Below the pieces are notes generated by a model, which saw only the letters and a program-made list of their open reading frames with translations, did no database searches and was not told the DNA's origin. Source: a virus (taxonomy: Duplodnaviria > Caudoviricetes). From it: DNA of 40,919 bases. Shown here piece after piece: positions 17,282-26,328 of the stretch (positions are counted from its first letter, which is position 1; each line of letters begins with the position of its first letter). The DNA lies in IMG/VR virus record IMGVR_UViG_3300032227_001232, positions 1 to 40,919 of that record; one strand, given 5' to 3'. A program made the position numbers and the translations under genes.

Positions 17282-19597
17282 ATGATCACAGTGGTCAAAC
17301 GCAATGGGGAGCGTGTTCCTCTCGATCTCTCTAAAATACAGAGACAGGTGGCAAATGCCTGTAGAGGGATAGACAGCGTTAGTCCTAGCATGATTGAAAT
17401 CAAAGCTCAAATTGAAATTCACGATGGTATGACCACCGAAACCATTGACGAACTCCTGCTCAAGGCCATGGTGGATCTCATAGACGAAACCGAAAATCCC
17501 GACATTAACAATGTCAATTATCAATATGTAGCAGGCCGCCAACGTGTCAGCATGTTGCGCAAAGAAGTATATGGAGACTATAATCCTCCTCGCATCTATG
17601 ACATAGTAAAAACCAATGTGGCCGCCGGCATGTATACCCCCAAACTGTTGGAGTGGTATGATGAAAGCGAATGGAACGCTATCGAAATGCTGGTTGATCA
17701 TGACAAAGACGAAAACTACACCTACGCAGCCATTGCTCAGTTATGTGAAAAATATCTGGTACAAAATCGTGCTACAGGACAAATTTACGAAACTCCACAG
17801 ATTCGCTATGCCATAGCTGCTGCTACAGCATTTCATAATGAACCCAAAGATCGAAGATTAAGTTATGTCAAAGACTATTACCAATGTGCCAGCGAAGGGC
17901 ATTTTACACTGGCCACTCCGGTATTGGCCGGTCTTGGTACAACCACCAAACAATTCAGCAGTTGTGTGCTGATCACCAGTGATGATACACTGGACAGTAT
18001 CTTCGCAGCCGGCGAAATGATGGCCAAATATGCTTCAAAACGGGCCGGAATTGGCCTGGAAATTGGCCGAATTCGCCCCGTAGGCGCCCCAATTCGCAAC
18101 GGTGAAATCAAGCATACGGGTATGATACCCTTTTTAAAGAAATGGTTCGCGGATTTGAGGTCTTGCAGTCAAGGCGGGATCAGAAACGCCAGTTGCACAG
18201 TGACTTTCCCTATTTGGCACTATCAATTTGAAGATCTCATTGTGCTGAAAAACAATCAAGGCACAGAAGAAACTCGTGTTCGCCAAATGGATTACAGTGT
18301 GGTAGTCAGTGCTCTTTTCTGGCGTCGATATAAAAACAAAGAAATGATTACACTGTTTGATCCGCATGAAGTGCCGGATCTCTACGAGGCCTATTATAGA
18401 AATAGCGCTGAGTTTGAACAATTATACACAAAATATGAACTCGATAAGAAAATTAAAAAGAAAAGCGTTTCAGCGGATGAAATATTCAAAAATGGCATCC
18501 TTAAAGAGCGTACTGACACTGGGCGAATATATCTTGTCAATATCGACAACGTCATTAATCAAGGGCCGTTTGACACAACTACTGATCCAATATATCAATC
18601 AAACCTATGCCAGGAGATACTTTTACCCACCCGCCCTTTCCAGAGAATTGAAGACACTGAGGGGAGAATTGCTCTTTGTACTCTTGGCAGCATAAATTGG
18701 GGTGCTTTTAAAGATCCGCTACAAATGCGCAAAGCCTGTCGTGTACTGGTTCGCAGTTTAAGTAATTTGTTAAATTATCAAGATTTCCTCAGTGTACAAA
18801 GCCGACTGGCCAATGACGAATTCGAACCGCTGGGTGTTGGTATTACTAATCTAGCCTATTGGCATGCTCGTCGTAGTTTAAAATATGGCGAAGAGGACTC
18901 TCTCAAAGAAGTCAAACGTTGGATGGAACATCAGGCCTATTATCTCACTGAAATCAGCGTGGAACTGGCACAGGAACGAGGTGCCTGCAAACGCAGCAGT
19001 TATACTTACTATGGAAAGGGCATATTTCCGTGGGAACGTAGAAATCGGGGTGTAGATGAGTTGACCGACTTTACACCCAGTATGGATTGGGAACCATTGC
19101 GTGAACATATGAAGCAGTATGGCATACGCAATGGTACACTAATGGCAGTGGCTCCTGTCGAGTCAAGCAGCGTGGTATTAAACAGCACCAACGGTATTGA
19201 AATGCCAATGGAGTTGATCAGCGTTAAGGAATCAAAAGCAGGCAGTTTTGTGCAAGTAGTTCCTGAATATCGTAGATTAAAAAACCGCTATCAACTAATG
19301 TGGGAACAGACGGATTGTATAGGCTACTTAAAAACAGCCGCGGTGTTGGCTGCTTATATTGACCAGAGCCTAAGCACCAACACCTTTTACTCCCCAAAAC
19401 ATTTTCGAGATGGAAAGGTCCCGGGTACACTAATTGCTAAGAATTTAATGCTGGCATATCGGTGGGGGATCAAGACAATTTATTACAGCCTTCTGGACAA
19501 GGTGGGTAGTAAAAACATACTGACCACCACAACAGTGGTTAATTCTCCAGTTATGGAGATGATTGATGACGAACACTGCGAGGCATGCACATTATGA
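17282..19597 (+). CDS. nrdA: Ribonucleoside-diphosphate reductase class Ia, alpha subunit, with ATP cone
   Basis: VVKRNG ATP cone, TKQFSSCVLI, SNLCQEI thiyl-radical motif, GIKTIYY and C-terminal CEACTL. ATG 17282 after an AGGA RBS. Confidence 0.97.
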   Translation: MITVVKRNGERVPLDLSKIQRQVANACRGIDSVSPSMIEIKAQIEIHDGMTTETIDELLLKAMVDLIDETENPDINNVNYQYVAGRQRVSMLRKEVYGDYNPPRIYDIVKTNVAAGMYTPKLLEWYDESEWNAIEMLVDHDKDENYTYAAIAQLCEKYLVQNRATGQIYETPQIRYAIAAATAFHNEPKDRRLSYVKDYYQCASEGHFTLATPVLAGLGTTTKQFSSCVLITSDDTLDSIFAAGEMMAKYASKRAGIGLEIGRIRPVGAPIRNGEIKHTGMIPFLKKWFADLRSCSQGGIRNASCTVTFPIWHYQFEDLIVLKNNQGTEETRVRQMDYSVVVSALFWRRYKNKEMITLFDPHEVPDLYEAYYRNSAEFEQLYTKYELDKKIKKKSVSADEIFKNGILKERTDTGRIYLVNIDNVINQGPFDTTTDPIYQSNLCQEILLPTRPFQRIEDTEGRIALCTLGSINWGAFKDPLQMRKACRVLVRSLSNLLNYQDFLSVQSRLANDEFEPLGVGITNLAYWHARRSLKYGEEDSLKEVKRWMEHQAYYLTEISVELAQERGACKRSSYTYYGKGIFPWERRNRGVDELTDFTPSMDWEPLREHMKQYGIRNGTLMAVAPVESSSVVLNSTNGIEMPMELISVKESKAGSFVQVVPEYRRLKNRYQLMWEQTDCIGYLKTAAVLAAYIDQSLSTNTFYSPKHFRDGKVPGTLIAKNLMLAYRWGIKTIYYSLLDKVGSKNILTTTTVVNSPVMEMIDDEHCEACTL

Positions 19598-20691
19598 GTA
19601 AATTACAATACGATTTAAAAACACCTACTAACTATCTAAAACGTAAAATGTTTTTAGATGGCACGGTTACCGTACAGCGTTTTGAAGAATATCGCTATCC
19701 TAAGATTGCAAAATTTGAAGAAATACAGCGAGGATATTTTTGGGTTCCAGAAGAAATCAGTCTTACCAAAGACAAAATGGATCATAAAGAAGCCAGCGAA
19801 GCAGTTAAACATATCTTTACATCAAACCTGTTGAGACAAACCGCATTAGACAGTATTCAGGGTCGTGCTCCTACGCAGGTTTTTAGTCCTGTAATCAGTA
19901 TTCCAGAATTAGAAGCACTGGTCAGTAACTGGAGTTTTTTCGAAACCAATATTCACAGCAAAAGTTACAGTCATATTATTCGCAATGTCTATGGTGTTCC
20001 TAAAGAAGAATTTAATAAAATTCACGATACCAAAGAAATTGTCGAAATGGCTTCCAGTGTGGGAAAATATTATGACTTGTTACATAAGTTAAATTGTCAG
20101 AAAGAACTACTGCCGGTAGGTGTTCCTGAAACCGAACATGTTCGAGCAATTTGGATGGCACTAAATGCCAGTTATGCATTAGAAGCATTGCGTTTTATGG
20201 TGTCATTTGCTACCAGTCTGGCCATGGTAGAAAATCGTATCTTTATTGGCAATGGCAATATTATCAGTTTAATTCTACAGGATGAGTTGTTACATGCAGA
20301 ATGGACTGCTTGGTTAATCAATAATGTAGTAAAAGATGACGAAAGATTTGCTGATATAGTTGACTCTTGTCGCAACGAAGTGTATGCTATGTATATGGAA
20401 GTTATTGCAGAAGAAAAAGCCTGGGCAGAGTATTTGTTTAAGAAAGGTGTTGTTATTGGACTGAATGCTGCTATTCTCAGTGACTTTGTAGACTATACAG
20501 CATTTGTTCGTCTCAAAGACATTGGTATTAAATATCTCGCCGATCATCCTAAAACCAGTCCTATTCCATGGTTCAATAAACATTTGAATATAGGAAAAAA
20601 ACAAACTGCCTTGCAGGAAAATGAAAGCACTAATTATGTAATAGGGGCTATGTCAGCTGATGTGGCATATGACGAACTTCCAGATTTATAA
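19594..20691 (+). CDS. nrdB: Ribonucleoside-diphosphate reductase class Ia, beta subunit
   Basis: FWVPEEI, LDSIQGR, ETNIHSKSYSHI (radical Tyr), LEALRF, DELLH. ATGA overlap with nrdA. Confidence 0.97.
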   Translation: MSKLQYDLKTPTNYLKRKMFLDGTVTVQRFEEYRYPKIAKFEEIQRGYFWVPEEISLTKDKMDHKEASEAVKHIFTSNLLRQTALDSIQGRAPTQVFSPVISIPELEALVSNWSFFETNIHSKSYSHIIRNVYGVPKEEFNKIHDTKEIVEMASSVGKYYDLLHKLNCQKELLPVGVPETEHVRAIWMALNASYALEALRFMVSFATSLAMVENRIFIGNGNIISLILQDELLHAEWTAWLINNVVKDDERFADIVDSCRNEVYAMYMEVIAEEKAWAEYLFKKGVVIGLNAAILSDFVDYTAFVRLKDIGIKYLADHPKTSPIPWFNKHLNIGKKQTALQENESTNYVIGAMSADVAYDELPDL

Positions 20692-20702
20692 AAAGGATAA
20701 AA

Positions 20703-20939
20703 ATGAAAGCTATTGTTTGGAGCAAAAACGATTGTCAACAGTGTGATCAGGCCAAAGCACTGCTGGAGCAACAAGGTATTGAATTTGAAGAGCGTCGAAT
20801 TGGCGACGGTTGGAACAGGGAAGAATTGTTAGAGTATGTTCCCTCTGCTCGTAGTGTTCCGCAAATCTTTATCAATGATCAACTAATCGGTGGATTAACT
20901 GAACTGCAAAAATATATTAAAGAGAATGTAAATGTCTAA
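20703..20939 (+). CDS. Glutaredoxin (RNR reductant)
   Basis: CQQC active site, RSVPQIFI...IGG. Confidence 0.92.
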   Translation: MKAIVWSKNDCQQCDQAKALLEQQGIEFEERRIGDGWNREELLEYVPSARSVPQIFINDQLIGGLTELQKYIKENVNV

Positions 20940-21426
20940 TGATAATACTCCAAAGACATCCCACATTGATGATGTATTAGAAGTAGCCGACATAGCAGCC
21001 TTAACAGGGTTAACTAGTTTTAGTGCGTTGACTACTGCTGATATTACTAGTTTTAATAATATGAATTACACTACCAGTGGATTTTATAACAGTTATGGTA
21101 ATGTAACTATCAGCAGCGGTACCGGTAGTGCTACTATCAATCCATATATTTACACCACCCCTAGCACTAGTATCCCTGTATATACCGCTGCCGGTACAAA
21201 TTGGTCTACAATTGGTCCCAGTTCTGGGCTACATGTTAAGGATGATGCTACTTTCGAAGGTGACATCAAATGGAAAGGACGTAGCCTAGGTAAACTCATG
21301 GAAAAAATTGAGGATAGATTGGCCATTCTACAAGAACCCGATCCTGAACGATTGGAAAAGTTTGCAGCACTGAAAAAAGCCTACGATCACTATAAGACAT
21401 TAGAACGTCTAATCGGTGATGACTGA
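20932..21426 (+). CDS. Hypothetical phage protein
   Basis: Thr/Ser-rich N-terminus and a helical C-terminus IEDRLAIL...LKKAYDHYK. Confidence 0.65.
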   Translation: MSNDNTPKTSHIDDVLEVADIAALTGLTSFSALTTADITSFNNMNYTTSGFYNSYGNVTISSGTGSATINPYIYTTPSTSIPVYTAAGTNWSTIGPSSGLHVKDDATFEGDIKWKGRSLGKLMEKIEDRLAILQEPDPERLEKFAALKKAYDHYKTLERLIGDD

Positions 21427-21904
21427 ACGTAGTAACGTTCTCAAAGGGCGAGACAGCTACGATGCAGAACTAGGAGGTAATTTAGTTACATTTCTTAACC
21501 GCAATGTAACTCCATATCCTACTGAAGCAGGTGGACCAAAGTTTGATCTTATTCCGGTTGAAAAGCAAAAAGACATTATGGTCAATGTGGCCAGAATGCA
21601 TGCACAGCAGGAATACGATCGCATTATGGAATTGGTTACTGTATTGCAACGACAAGCAGCCAGTATTAAACGGCGTTTGGAAATTACAGATGCTGTTCAT
21701 GCTGCCAAATACAATTTTCAAATCTATCACGGCCAAATCTATTGGTTGGCCTACCATCATATAGATAAATGTACAATATTAACACACAATGGTCCTGATG
21801 ATTGGACTGCCGGTGCTCCGGACCATTATGAATTTATATGTCAAGTTAAGTGGTTAGGTGACCACACTTGGATTGAAATAAACGCAGAAGGAAACCCATG
21901 TTAA
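21419..21904 (+). CDS. Hypothetical protein (weakly DUF2452-like)
   Basis: Coiled coil followed by GQIYWL...GPDDW...VKWLGDHTW. Confidence 0.55.
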   Translation: MTERSNVLKGRDSYDAELGGNLVTFLNRNVTPYPTEAGGPKFDLIPVEKQKDIMVNVARMHAQQEYDRIMELVTVLQRQAASIKRRLEITDAVHAAKYNFQIYHGQIYWLAYHHIDKCTILTHNGPDDWTAGAPDHYEFICQVKWLGDHTWIEINAEGNPC

Positions 21905-22185
21905 TTAGCAAAGGATTTAGTAACGGAGATATCATCAGTTTGAAATTAATCAACGGTGATGAACTTATCGCACGATTTGAAAGCGAAACAGCAGATGATA
22001 TTACCATAGACAGGCCATTGGCGCTGACCATGAGTAGGGAAGGACTAGGTATGATCCCTTGGATGATGTTAGGAGATAAAAGTTCAATTACACTGAAAAA
22101 ATCTCATGTATTTGCAACAGTGTATAGTCAAAAGGATGCTGCTGATCAATACATGCAGGGCACCACTGGTATTGCACTGAGATAA
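21898..22185 (+). CDS. Small Sm-like-fold phage protein
   Basis: IISLKLINGDELIARF beta pattern typical of Sm-like proteins of T4-like phages. AAGGA RBS. Confidence 0.5.
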   Translation: MLISKGFSNGDIISLKLINGDELIARFESETADDITIDRPLALTMSREGLGMIPWMMLGDKSSITLKKSHVFATVYSQKDAADQYMQGTTGIALR

Positions 22186-22211
22186 ATATAGTTATAAAGG
22201 AGTAATTTATT

Positions 22212-22892
22212 ATGGCTGACGCAACCTCCCTTGCCATTATTGCCCAAACTACCCAGGGACAGGTAGATAACGCAGCATTAGTCGCTGCTATTACCACATT
22301 AAATGCCACATTGCTTGCTAATGCAGCCTTATTAGGTGGACAGGCAACCCCTACGCTTCCGGGCACACTAACATCTATTGATGCTAACCTTAGTTGGATA
22401 GTTTATCACTTAGGAAGGATAGCAGATAATAGTAAAGCAATTTCTTCTAATCTCCAGAATTTAGAAGTAGCATCAGCCGCGCAGGTATCAGCAATGAATG
22501 ATGCCAGTGCATACCAAGCATTGGCAGTTGCTGCTCAAATAGACGCCATTGATTTTCAACGTTCTGTTACAGAACAGGCGTTGACAAGCTCCGGTCAAGA
22601 CATTCCGAAATTAGCTCCTTTTGAAGACAGAATAAAGGCAAAACTTAAATCTGCCGCGGATATAGCTTCTATTGCAAAAATTCAAGGATTTATAACTCAA
22701 CAAATGCAAAATTCATTAAAAAGCGTAGTTACCTATACTCAAGGAACACAAATATACAAAACTATAGCCGCAAAAGTAGAAAGTATTACACAAGCTATAA
22801 CCTCCCCGGAGATTCCTAGCCCAGCTACTCTTTTGGCACAGGGTAAGAGCTTATTAGGAATCAAGGCCACTAATATCGGTGGCCTTGGGTAA
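22212..22892 (+). CDS. Ala-rich helical hypothetical protein, probable virion protein
   Basis: TAAATA at 22183, AAGGAG RBS, adjacent to the PAAR-like gene. Confidence 0.6.
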   Translation: MADATSLAIIAQTTQGQVDNAALVAAITTLNATLLANAALLGGQATPTLPGTLTSIDANLSWIVYHLGRIADNSKAISSNLQNLEVASAAQVSAMNDASAYQALAVAAQIDAIDFQRSVTEQALTSSGQDIPKLAPFEDRIKAKLKSAADIASIAKIQGFITQQMQNSLKSVVTYTQGTQIYKTIAAKVESITQAITSPEIPSPATLLAQGKSLLGIKATNIGGLG

Positions 22893-22894
22893 CT

Positions 22895-23203
22895 ATGCCA
22901 GCAGATAATCCAGTAGCCCGGGTTAAAAAAGACGTAGCAGGTAGTCTAATTATTTCAGGTGCTAATACAGTATATACCAATGGGGACAGTGCTAATTTTC
23001 GTACCGCTACAGTCGGTGGTGTAACAGCAGGGCCAGGAAATCCTGGTGATATCATTGTTCAAAGTCCTGTCACAGTATATGCAGAAAATCGTAAAGTTGC
23101 TGTGATAGGGGCTCGAACAGCAAAAGGAATTGCCACAGCCTCGGGCAGTCAAACAGTATTTGCCGGAGCAAACGGTCCGGGAGACCCTGTAAAAATCTCT
23201 TGA
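22895..23203 (+). CDS. PAAR-like baseplate spike-tip protein (gp5.4-like)
   Basis: PVARV, GANTVYTNG, TVYAENRKVAVIG and GSQTVFAG repeats. Confidence 0.6.
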   Translation: MPADNPVARVKKDVAGSLIISGANTVYTNGDSANFRTATVGGVTAGPGNPGDIIVQSPVTVYAENRKVAVIGARTAKGIATASGSQTVFAGANGPGDPVKIS

Positions 23204-23227
23204 CTTTTGCAGTATCTCATGTAAATA
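23200..23227 (+). promoter_or_regulatory. Promoter for the RNA locus (TTGACT -35 plus TAAATA)
   Basis: TTGACT 23200-23205 and TAAATA 23222-23227, immediately before the structured RNA region. Confidence 0.55.
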
Positions 23228-23230
23228 TAT

Positions 23231-23299
23231 GTGTCCGACAGGGGTAAACCGGCATAGCTGGTTGCGAGGGTGGGAGGCCCCGGAGTTAGGCGGAGACAC
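23231..23299 (+). ncRNA. Candidate GC-rich structured RNA upstream of the tmRNA
   Basis: Closing stem gtgtc/gacac, inner stem ggggt/gcccc and hairpin aaccggc-ata-gctggtt. Confidence 0.4.
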
Positions 23300-23339
23300 T
23301 TATTAGCCCTGCGGATTCCGTCAAAATTTAGGTTATACC

Positions 23340-23663
23340 AAGTGGAGAAAGATTATTGTAGTTTAATGCCTAGAGAGAAAGGTGTTGCGGACGGGGAGGG
23401 CAGTTCTCCCCCGGGTCCACCATAAACATATTGTCTACTGGTGAATGAGATAATAATGCTCATAATAAAAGTTCCAAACAGTATGTTTATGATGGGCCCG
23501 AATTAGGTTCGACGTGGCAATAAGTATTGACAGGATCTACACGTGAGGCGATGGACGTAATCCAAGCAAAAACTATAATCGCAAATGATGATTATTTTGG
23601 AGAAGTACGCCTAGCAGCGTAACCTCCATGAGGTAGGAAAGACCTTATTACCAAACCAACCTG
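23340..23663 (+). ncRNA. ssrA: Circularly permuted (two-piece) tmRNA; outer ends approximate
   Basis: Acceptor piece ends with T-arm ggggag-ggcagtt-ctcccc and cgggtcc-a-CCA (23422). Hairpin intervening segment 23423-23493. Coding piece starts GGGCCCG (23494), forming a 7-bp acceptor stem with G3:U70. Tag frame 23581-23622 reads ANDDYFGEVRLAA*. Confidence 0.93.
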
Positions 23664-23691
23664 TAATAGGCTCTTCGGAGCCTATTATTTT
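23664..23691 (+). terminator. Rho-independent terminator after the tmRNA
   Basis: taataggctc-ttcg-gagcctatta followed by tttt. Confidence 0.9.
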
Positions 23692-23792
23692 GAACTGATT
23701 TATCCAAATATGTAAACCGCTCTGTTAACTACCGCGTTAATATATGTACGCACAGAAAGTTCTGTGTGCTGTTAAATTCAAAGGAAAACATC

Positions 23793-24002
23793 ATGAAAAC
23801 AATCGCTACTCTAATCGCCGGCCTAGTTGCCACCACCGCTTTCGCTGGCTCGCATGCTGCTGCACCGGCCGCTCCTGCTGCTGCTCCAGTTGCAGCCACC
23901 GCAGTTGTTGCCAAGCCTGCAAAAAGTGAAGACAAGGCTCCTGCCAAAGCCGACGCAAAGACTGCTGCGCCTGCTGCCCCGGCCGCTCCCGCAGCTAAGT
24001 AA
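23793..24002 (+). CDS. Small secreted Ala/Pro/Lys-rich protein
   Basis: AAGGA RBS, signal peptide MKTIATLIAGLVATTAFA, low-complexity APAAPAK tail. Confidence 0.75.
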   Translation: MKTIATLIAGLVATTAFAGSHAAAPAAPAAAPVAATAVVAKPAKSEDKAPAKADAKTAAPAAPAAPAAK

Positions 24003-24177
24003 TCTTTGGTTTGATGACGACAACGACGGTACCACTGTTGAGGACTTAGACCTACACACAGGCTATCGTCGTCCAGAGGTCATAGGTCAGGAAGTTCTCC
24101 TTCCTGACTTGATCTTAACAAGATTACGTGTTGCCAGATTATTGGCTCTGGCTATATACGACATAAAATGGGGCTGA
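23854..24177 (+). CDS. Possible overlapping ORF; the region 24003-24177 looks like genuine coding sequence but the start is uncertain
   Basis: WFDDDNDG...GYRRPE...RLRVARLLALAIYDIKWG* ends at a terminator. No in-frame ATG after 24002; the nearest lies inside the upstream gene in the +1 frame. Confidence 0.35.
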   Translation: MLLHRPLLLLLQLQPPQLLPSLQKVKTRLLPKPTQRLLRLLPRPLPQLSNLWFDDDNDGTTVEDLDLHTGYRRPEVIGQEVLLPDLILTRLRVARLLALAIYDIKWG

Positions 24178-24192
24178 AAATGCCCCATTTTT
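24165..24192 (+). terminator. Rho-independent terminator
   Basis: Stem aaaatggggc/gccccatttt followed by T residues. Confidence 0.75.
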
Positions 24193-24193
24193 C

Positions 24194-24221
24194 TTGACTA
24201 ACATCGATATCAGTGTATAAT
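24194..24221 (+). promoter_or_regulatory. Sigma70-type promoter
   Basis: TTGACT, 16 bp spacer, TATAAT. Confidence 0.7.
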
Positions 24222-24246
24222 ATGTTTTTTAACTTGGAATACAAAC

Positions 24247-24636
24247 ATGTCATTTCACCTGCATCATCCTGCTCTTACAACTACTGGCAAGAGAAAAGGC
24301 AAAGTTAAATGGGCCAGCGCCGAAGCCAAACGACAAGCTGAATTACTTGAATCACAATGGAAAGATCTGCTGAAAAGACAAGGTGTCGAACAGGCAGAAC
24401 GCAGTAAATGTCGTGCCTTGAATTCTGCTCCATTGGTTTACAATCCCGGTCCACCACCCGGGCGTGAGACCGTTCGTATTTCCAGTTTAGAATCTACTTG
24501 GGCACCGTGTGTTCAAACTCCTAACCCAGTCTATACAGGGACTAAGGTTCGGGGCATTGGTACCATGCATAAGAGCAATGCTGTGCCTATTTTTAGCGAC
24601 GAGGAAGCCAAAGAAATTTCCAGTATGAGGAGATGA
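24247..24636 (+). CDS. Conserved-looking hypothetical phage protein
   Basis: C-terminal YTGTKVRGIGTMHKSNAVPIF motif. Downstream of a sigma70 promoter. Confidence 0.7.
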   Translation: MSFHLHHPALTTTGKRKGKVKWASAEAKRQAELLESQWKDLLKRQGVEQAERSKCRALNSAPLVYNPGPPPGRETVRISSLESTWAPCVQTPNPVYTGTKVRGIGTMHKSNAVPIFSDEEAKEISSMRR

Positions 24637-24650
24637 TACTAAATATTTAG

Positions 24651-25934
24651 ATGCGTATATCGTTTAATGAAAAATTAATTGCCTATCTAGCATTAATCAG
24701 TGGATTGAGTGTTTCGGCAGTGGCTGTCTACTATAGCGTAGCCGGCCTTGCTGCTATTTTTGCCAGTGCTGTCGTTCCCATTATTATCATGGGTGTGACA
24801 TTAGAAATAGGTAAGATTGTAGCTACAGTATGGATTAAACAGAATTGGAGTATTGCTCCACGACTGATTAGGACTTATCTAATTGTAGCCATTACGGTAT
24901 TGATGTTGATCACCAGTATGGGAATCTTTGGGTTTTTATCCAAGGCTCATTTAGATCAGTCAATGCCCAGTGGTGATGTGATGGATCGTATAGCGGTTAT
25001 TGATGGTAAAATTCAAACTGAAAGAGAGAACATTGATGCAGCCAAAAGAGCTCTTAAACAGATGGATGAATCAGTTGACCAGACTATGGCAAGATCTACC
25101 AGTGAGACCGGTGCTGCCAGATCCGCCGCTCTTAGAAGAAGTCAACAGAAAGAGCGTGGTCAATTACAAAATGATATTGCTAACTCGCAGAGCCGCATTA
25201 GTGCCCTTACACAAGAACGAGCTCCCATTGCCAAAGAACTTAGGCAAGTCGAAGCTGAAGTAGGTCCAATCAAATACATTGCCGGATTTGTATATGGTGC
25301 TACAGATTCTACCATATTAGAAAAAGCCGTAACTTGGGTAATCATAGCACTGATTATAGTGTTTGATCCATTGGCCCTAATATTGCTGTTGGCCAGCCAA
25401 ATTAGTTTTCAAAGTCTTAGAGAAAGGCAGAGTGAAGAGAAAGAACCTACTCCGGTTTACACATATGATACTTTTGAAAAACCAACTGAAGAAGAAAAAG
25501 CCGCGTATGAACAAGATGACGATCCATTAACTGATGAACAAATCGAACAGATTAAAGAATCAGTTACTGCAACCAATACTGCCACTGTTATTACCAATTC
25601 GTCGTTGTTTGATAACACAATTGCTCCTATTGTGGTACCAAGTGAAACTGCTATAAAATTAGGTGGATCCTTGGTAGTCAGTAGGACTAAAATTTTTCCT
25701 CGTAAGACTAAACCTCCGGTTCCTGAAACTTATGTTCAAAATGAAGAACAGACAGAAAGCAATCTTTGGTCTAGCACCACAGAAAATTCTATAATTAAAG
25801 AAGACCATACCACAGCCGTGCATATTCAAAAAACCGAAGAAATTAAAACCTATATTGAAAAGGTCAAGTCTAATCAAATGTCAATCGATGATGTGCCATT
25901 TGAATTCCAAGCCATTGTAAAAACTAGAATCTAA
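24651..25934 (+). CDS. Membrane protein with a long coiled coil
   Basis: Three N-terminal hydrophobic segments, a coiled coil, EVGPIKYIA, a further TM segment IIVFDPLALILLLA and an acidic tail. Confidence 0.7.
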   Translation: MRISFNEKLIAYLALISGLSVSAVAVYYSVAGLAAIFASAVVPIIIMGVTLEIGKIVATVWIKQNWSIAPRLIRTYLIVAITVLMLITSMGIFGFLSKAHLDQSMPSGDVMDRIAVIDGKIQTERENIDAAKRALKQMDESVDQTMARSTSETGAARSAALRRSQQKERGQLQNDIANSQSRISALTQERAPIAKELRQVEAEVGPIKYIAGFVYGATDSTILEKAVTWVIIALIIVFDPLALILLLASQISFQSLRERQSEEKEPTPVYTYDTFEKPTEEEKAAYEQDDDPLTDEQIEQIKESVTATNTATVITNSSLFDNTIAPIVVPSETAIKLGGSLVVSRTKIFPRKTKPPVPETYVQNEEQTESNLWSSTTENSIIKEDHTTAVHIQKTEEIKTYIEKVKSNQMSIDDVPFEFQAIVKTRI

Positions 25935-25938
25935 ACAT

Positions 25939-26328
25939 ATGACGGGAAAAATTACATTAATTACCCCGCCTGATATCTACGAAAATTCTAATACTAGCGT
26001 ACTATTTGTAAATCTTCAAGAAACGGAACAAGATTTAGTTAGCCGCTGGCTAACCGAATATAAATTAAATGTAGATTGTAATTTTTATGTCTATAGTGGT
26101 GAGAATGATGTTGCTTGGTTGTTATGGGCAATTGGGTGTTGTCAATACAAATTCATAGATATGGATAACTTGAATGAAATTACACAGGCACTATCTGGTT
26201 ATATATTAGGAAAGAATAACTTTTATTATAAAACCAACAACGAAAATCTCGCAAGTATATATTCATACATCAGCAATCGGCGTGTTCTTAAAGTAGAACA
26301 GTTTATGGAACAGGCACTCAATGACTAA
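25939..26328 (+). CDS. Hypothetical phage protein
   Basis: 129-aa ORF overlapping the clpX start. Confidence 0.65.
   Translation: MTGKITLITPPDIYENSNTSVLFVNLQETEQDLVSRWLTEYKLNVDCNFYVYSGENDVAWLLWAIGCCQYKFIDMDNLNEITQALSGYILGKNNFYYKTNNENLASIYSYISNRRVLKVEQFMEQALND

Noticed and set aside
17282-20691. Intron or intein in nrdA or nrdB
   Set aside because: Both frames are continuous and of normal length, with no intein motifs.
20703-20939. Unusual CQQC glutaredoxin active site
   Set aside because: The inner CxxC residues vary widely among phage glutaredoxins, so this is not notable alone.
23231-23299. Twister ribozyme (minus-strand ccgcctaactccg) or RNase P RNA
   Set aside because: Only short word matches. 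The remaining conserved cores and pseudoknot partners are not evident.
23381-23422. Stand-alone tRNA ending in CCA
   Set aside because: Its acceptor partner lies downstream at 23494-23500 and there is no anticodon arm. It is part of the permuted tmRNA.
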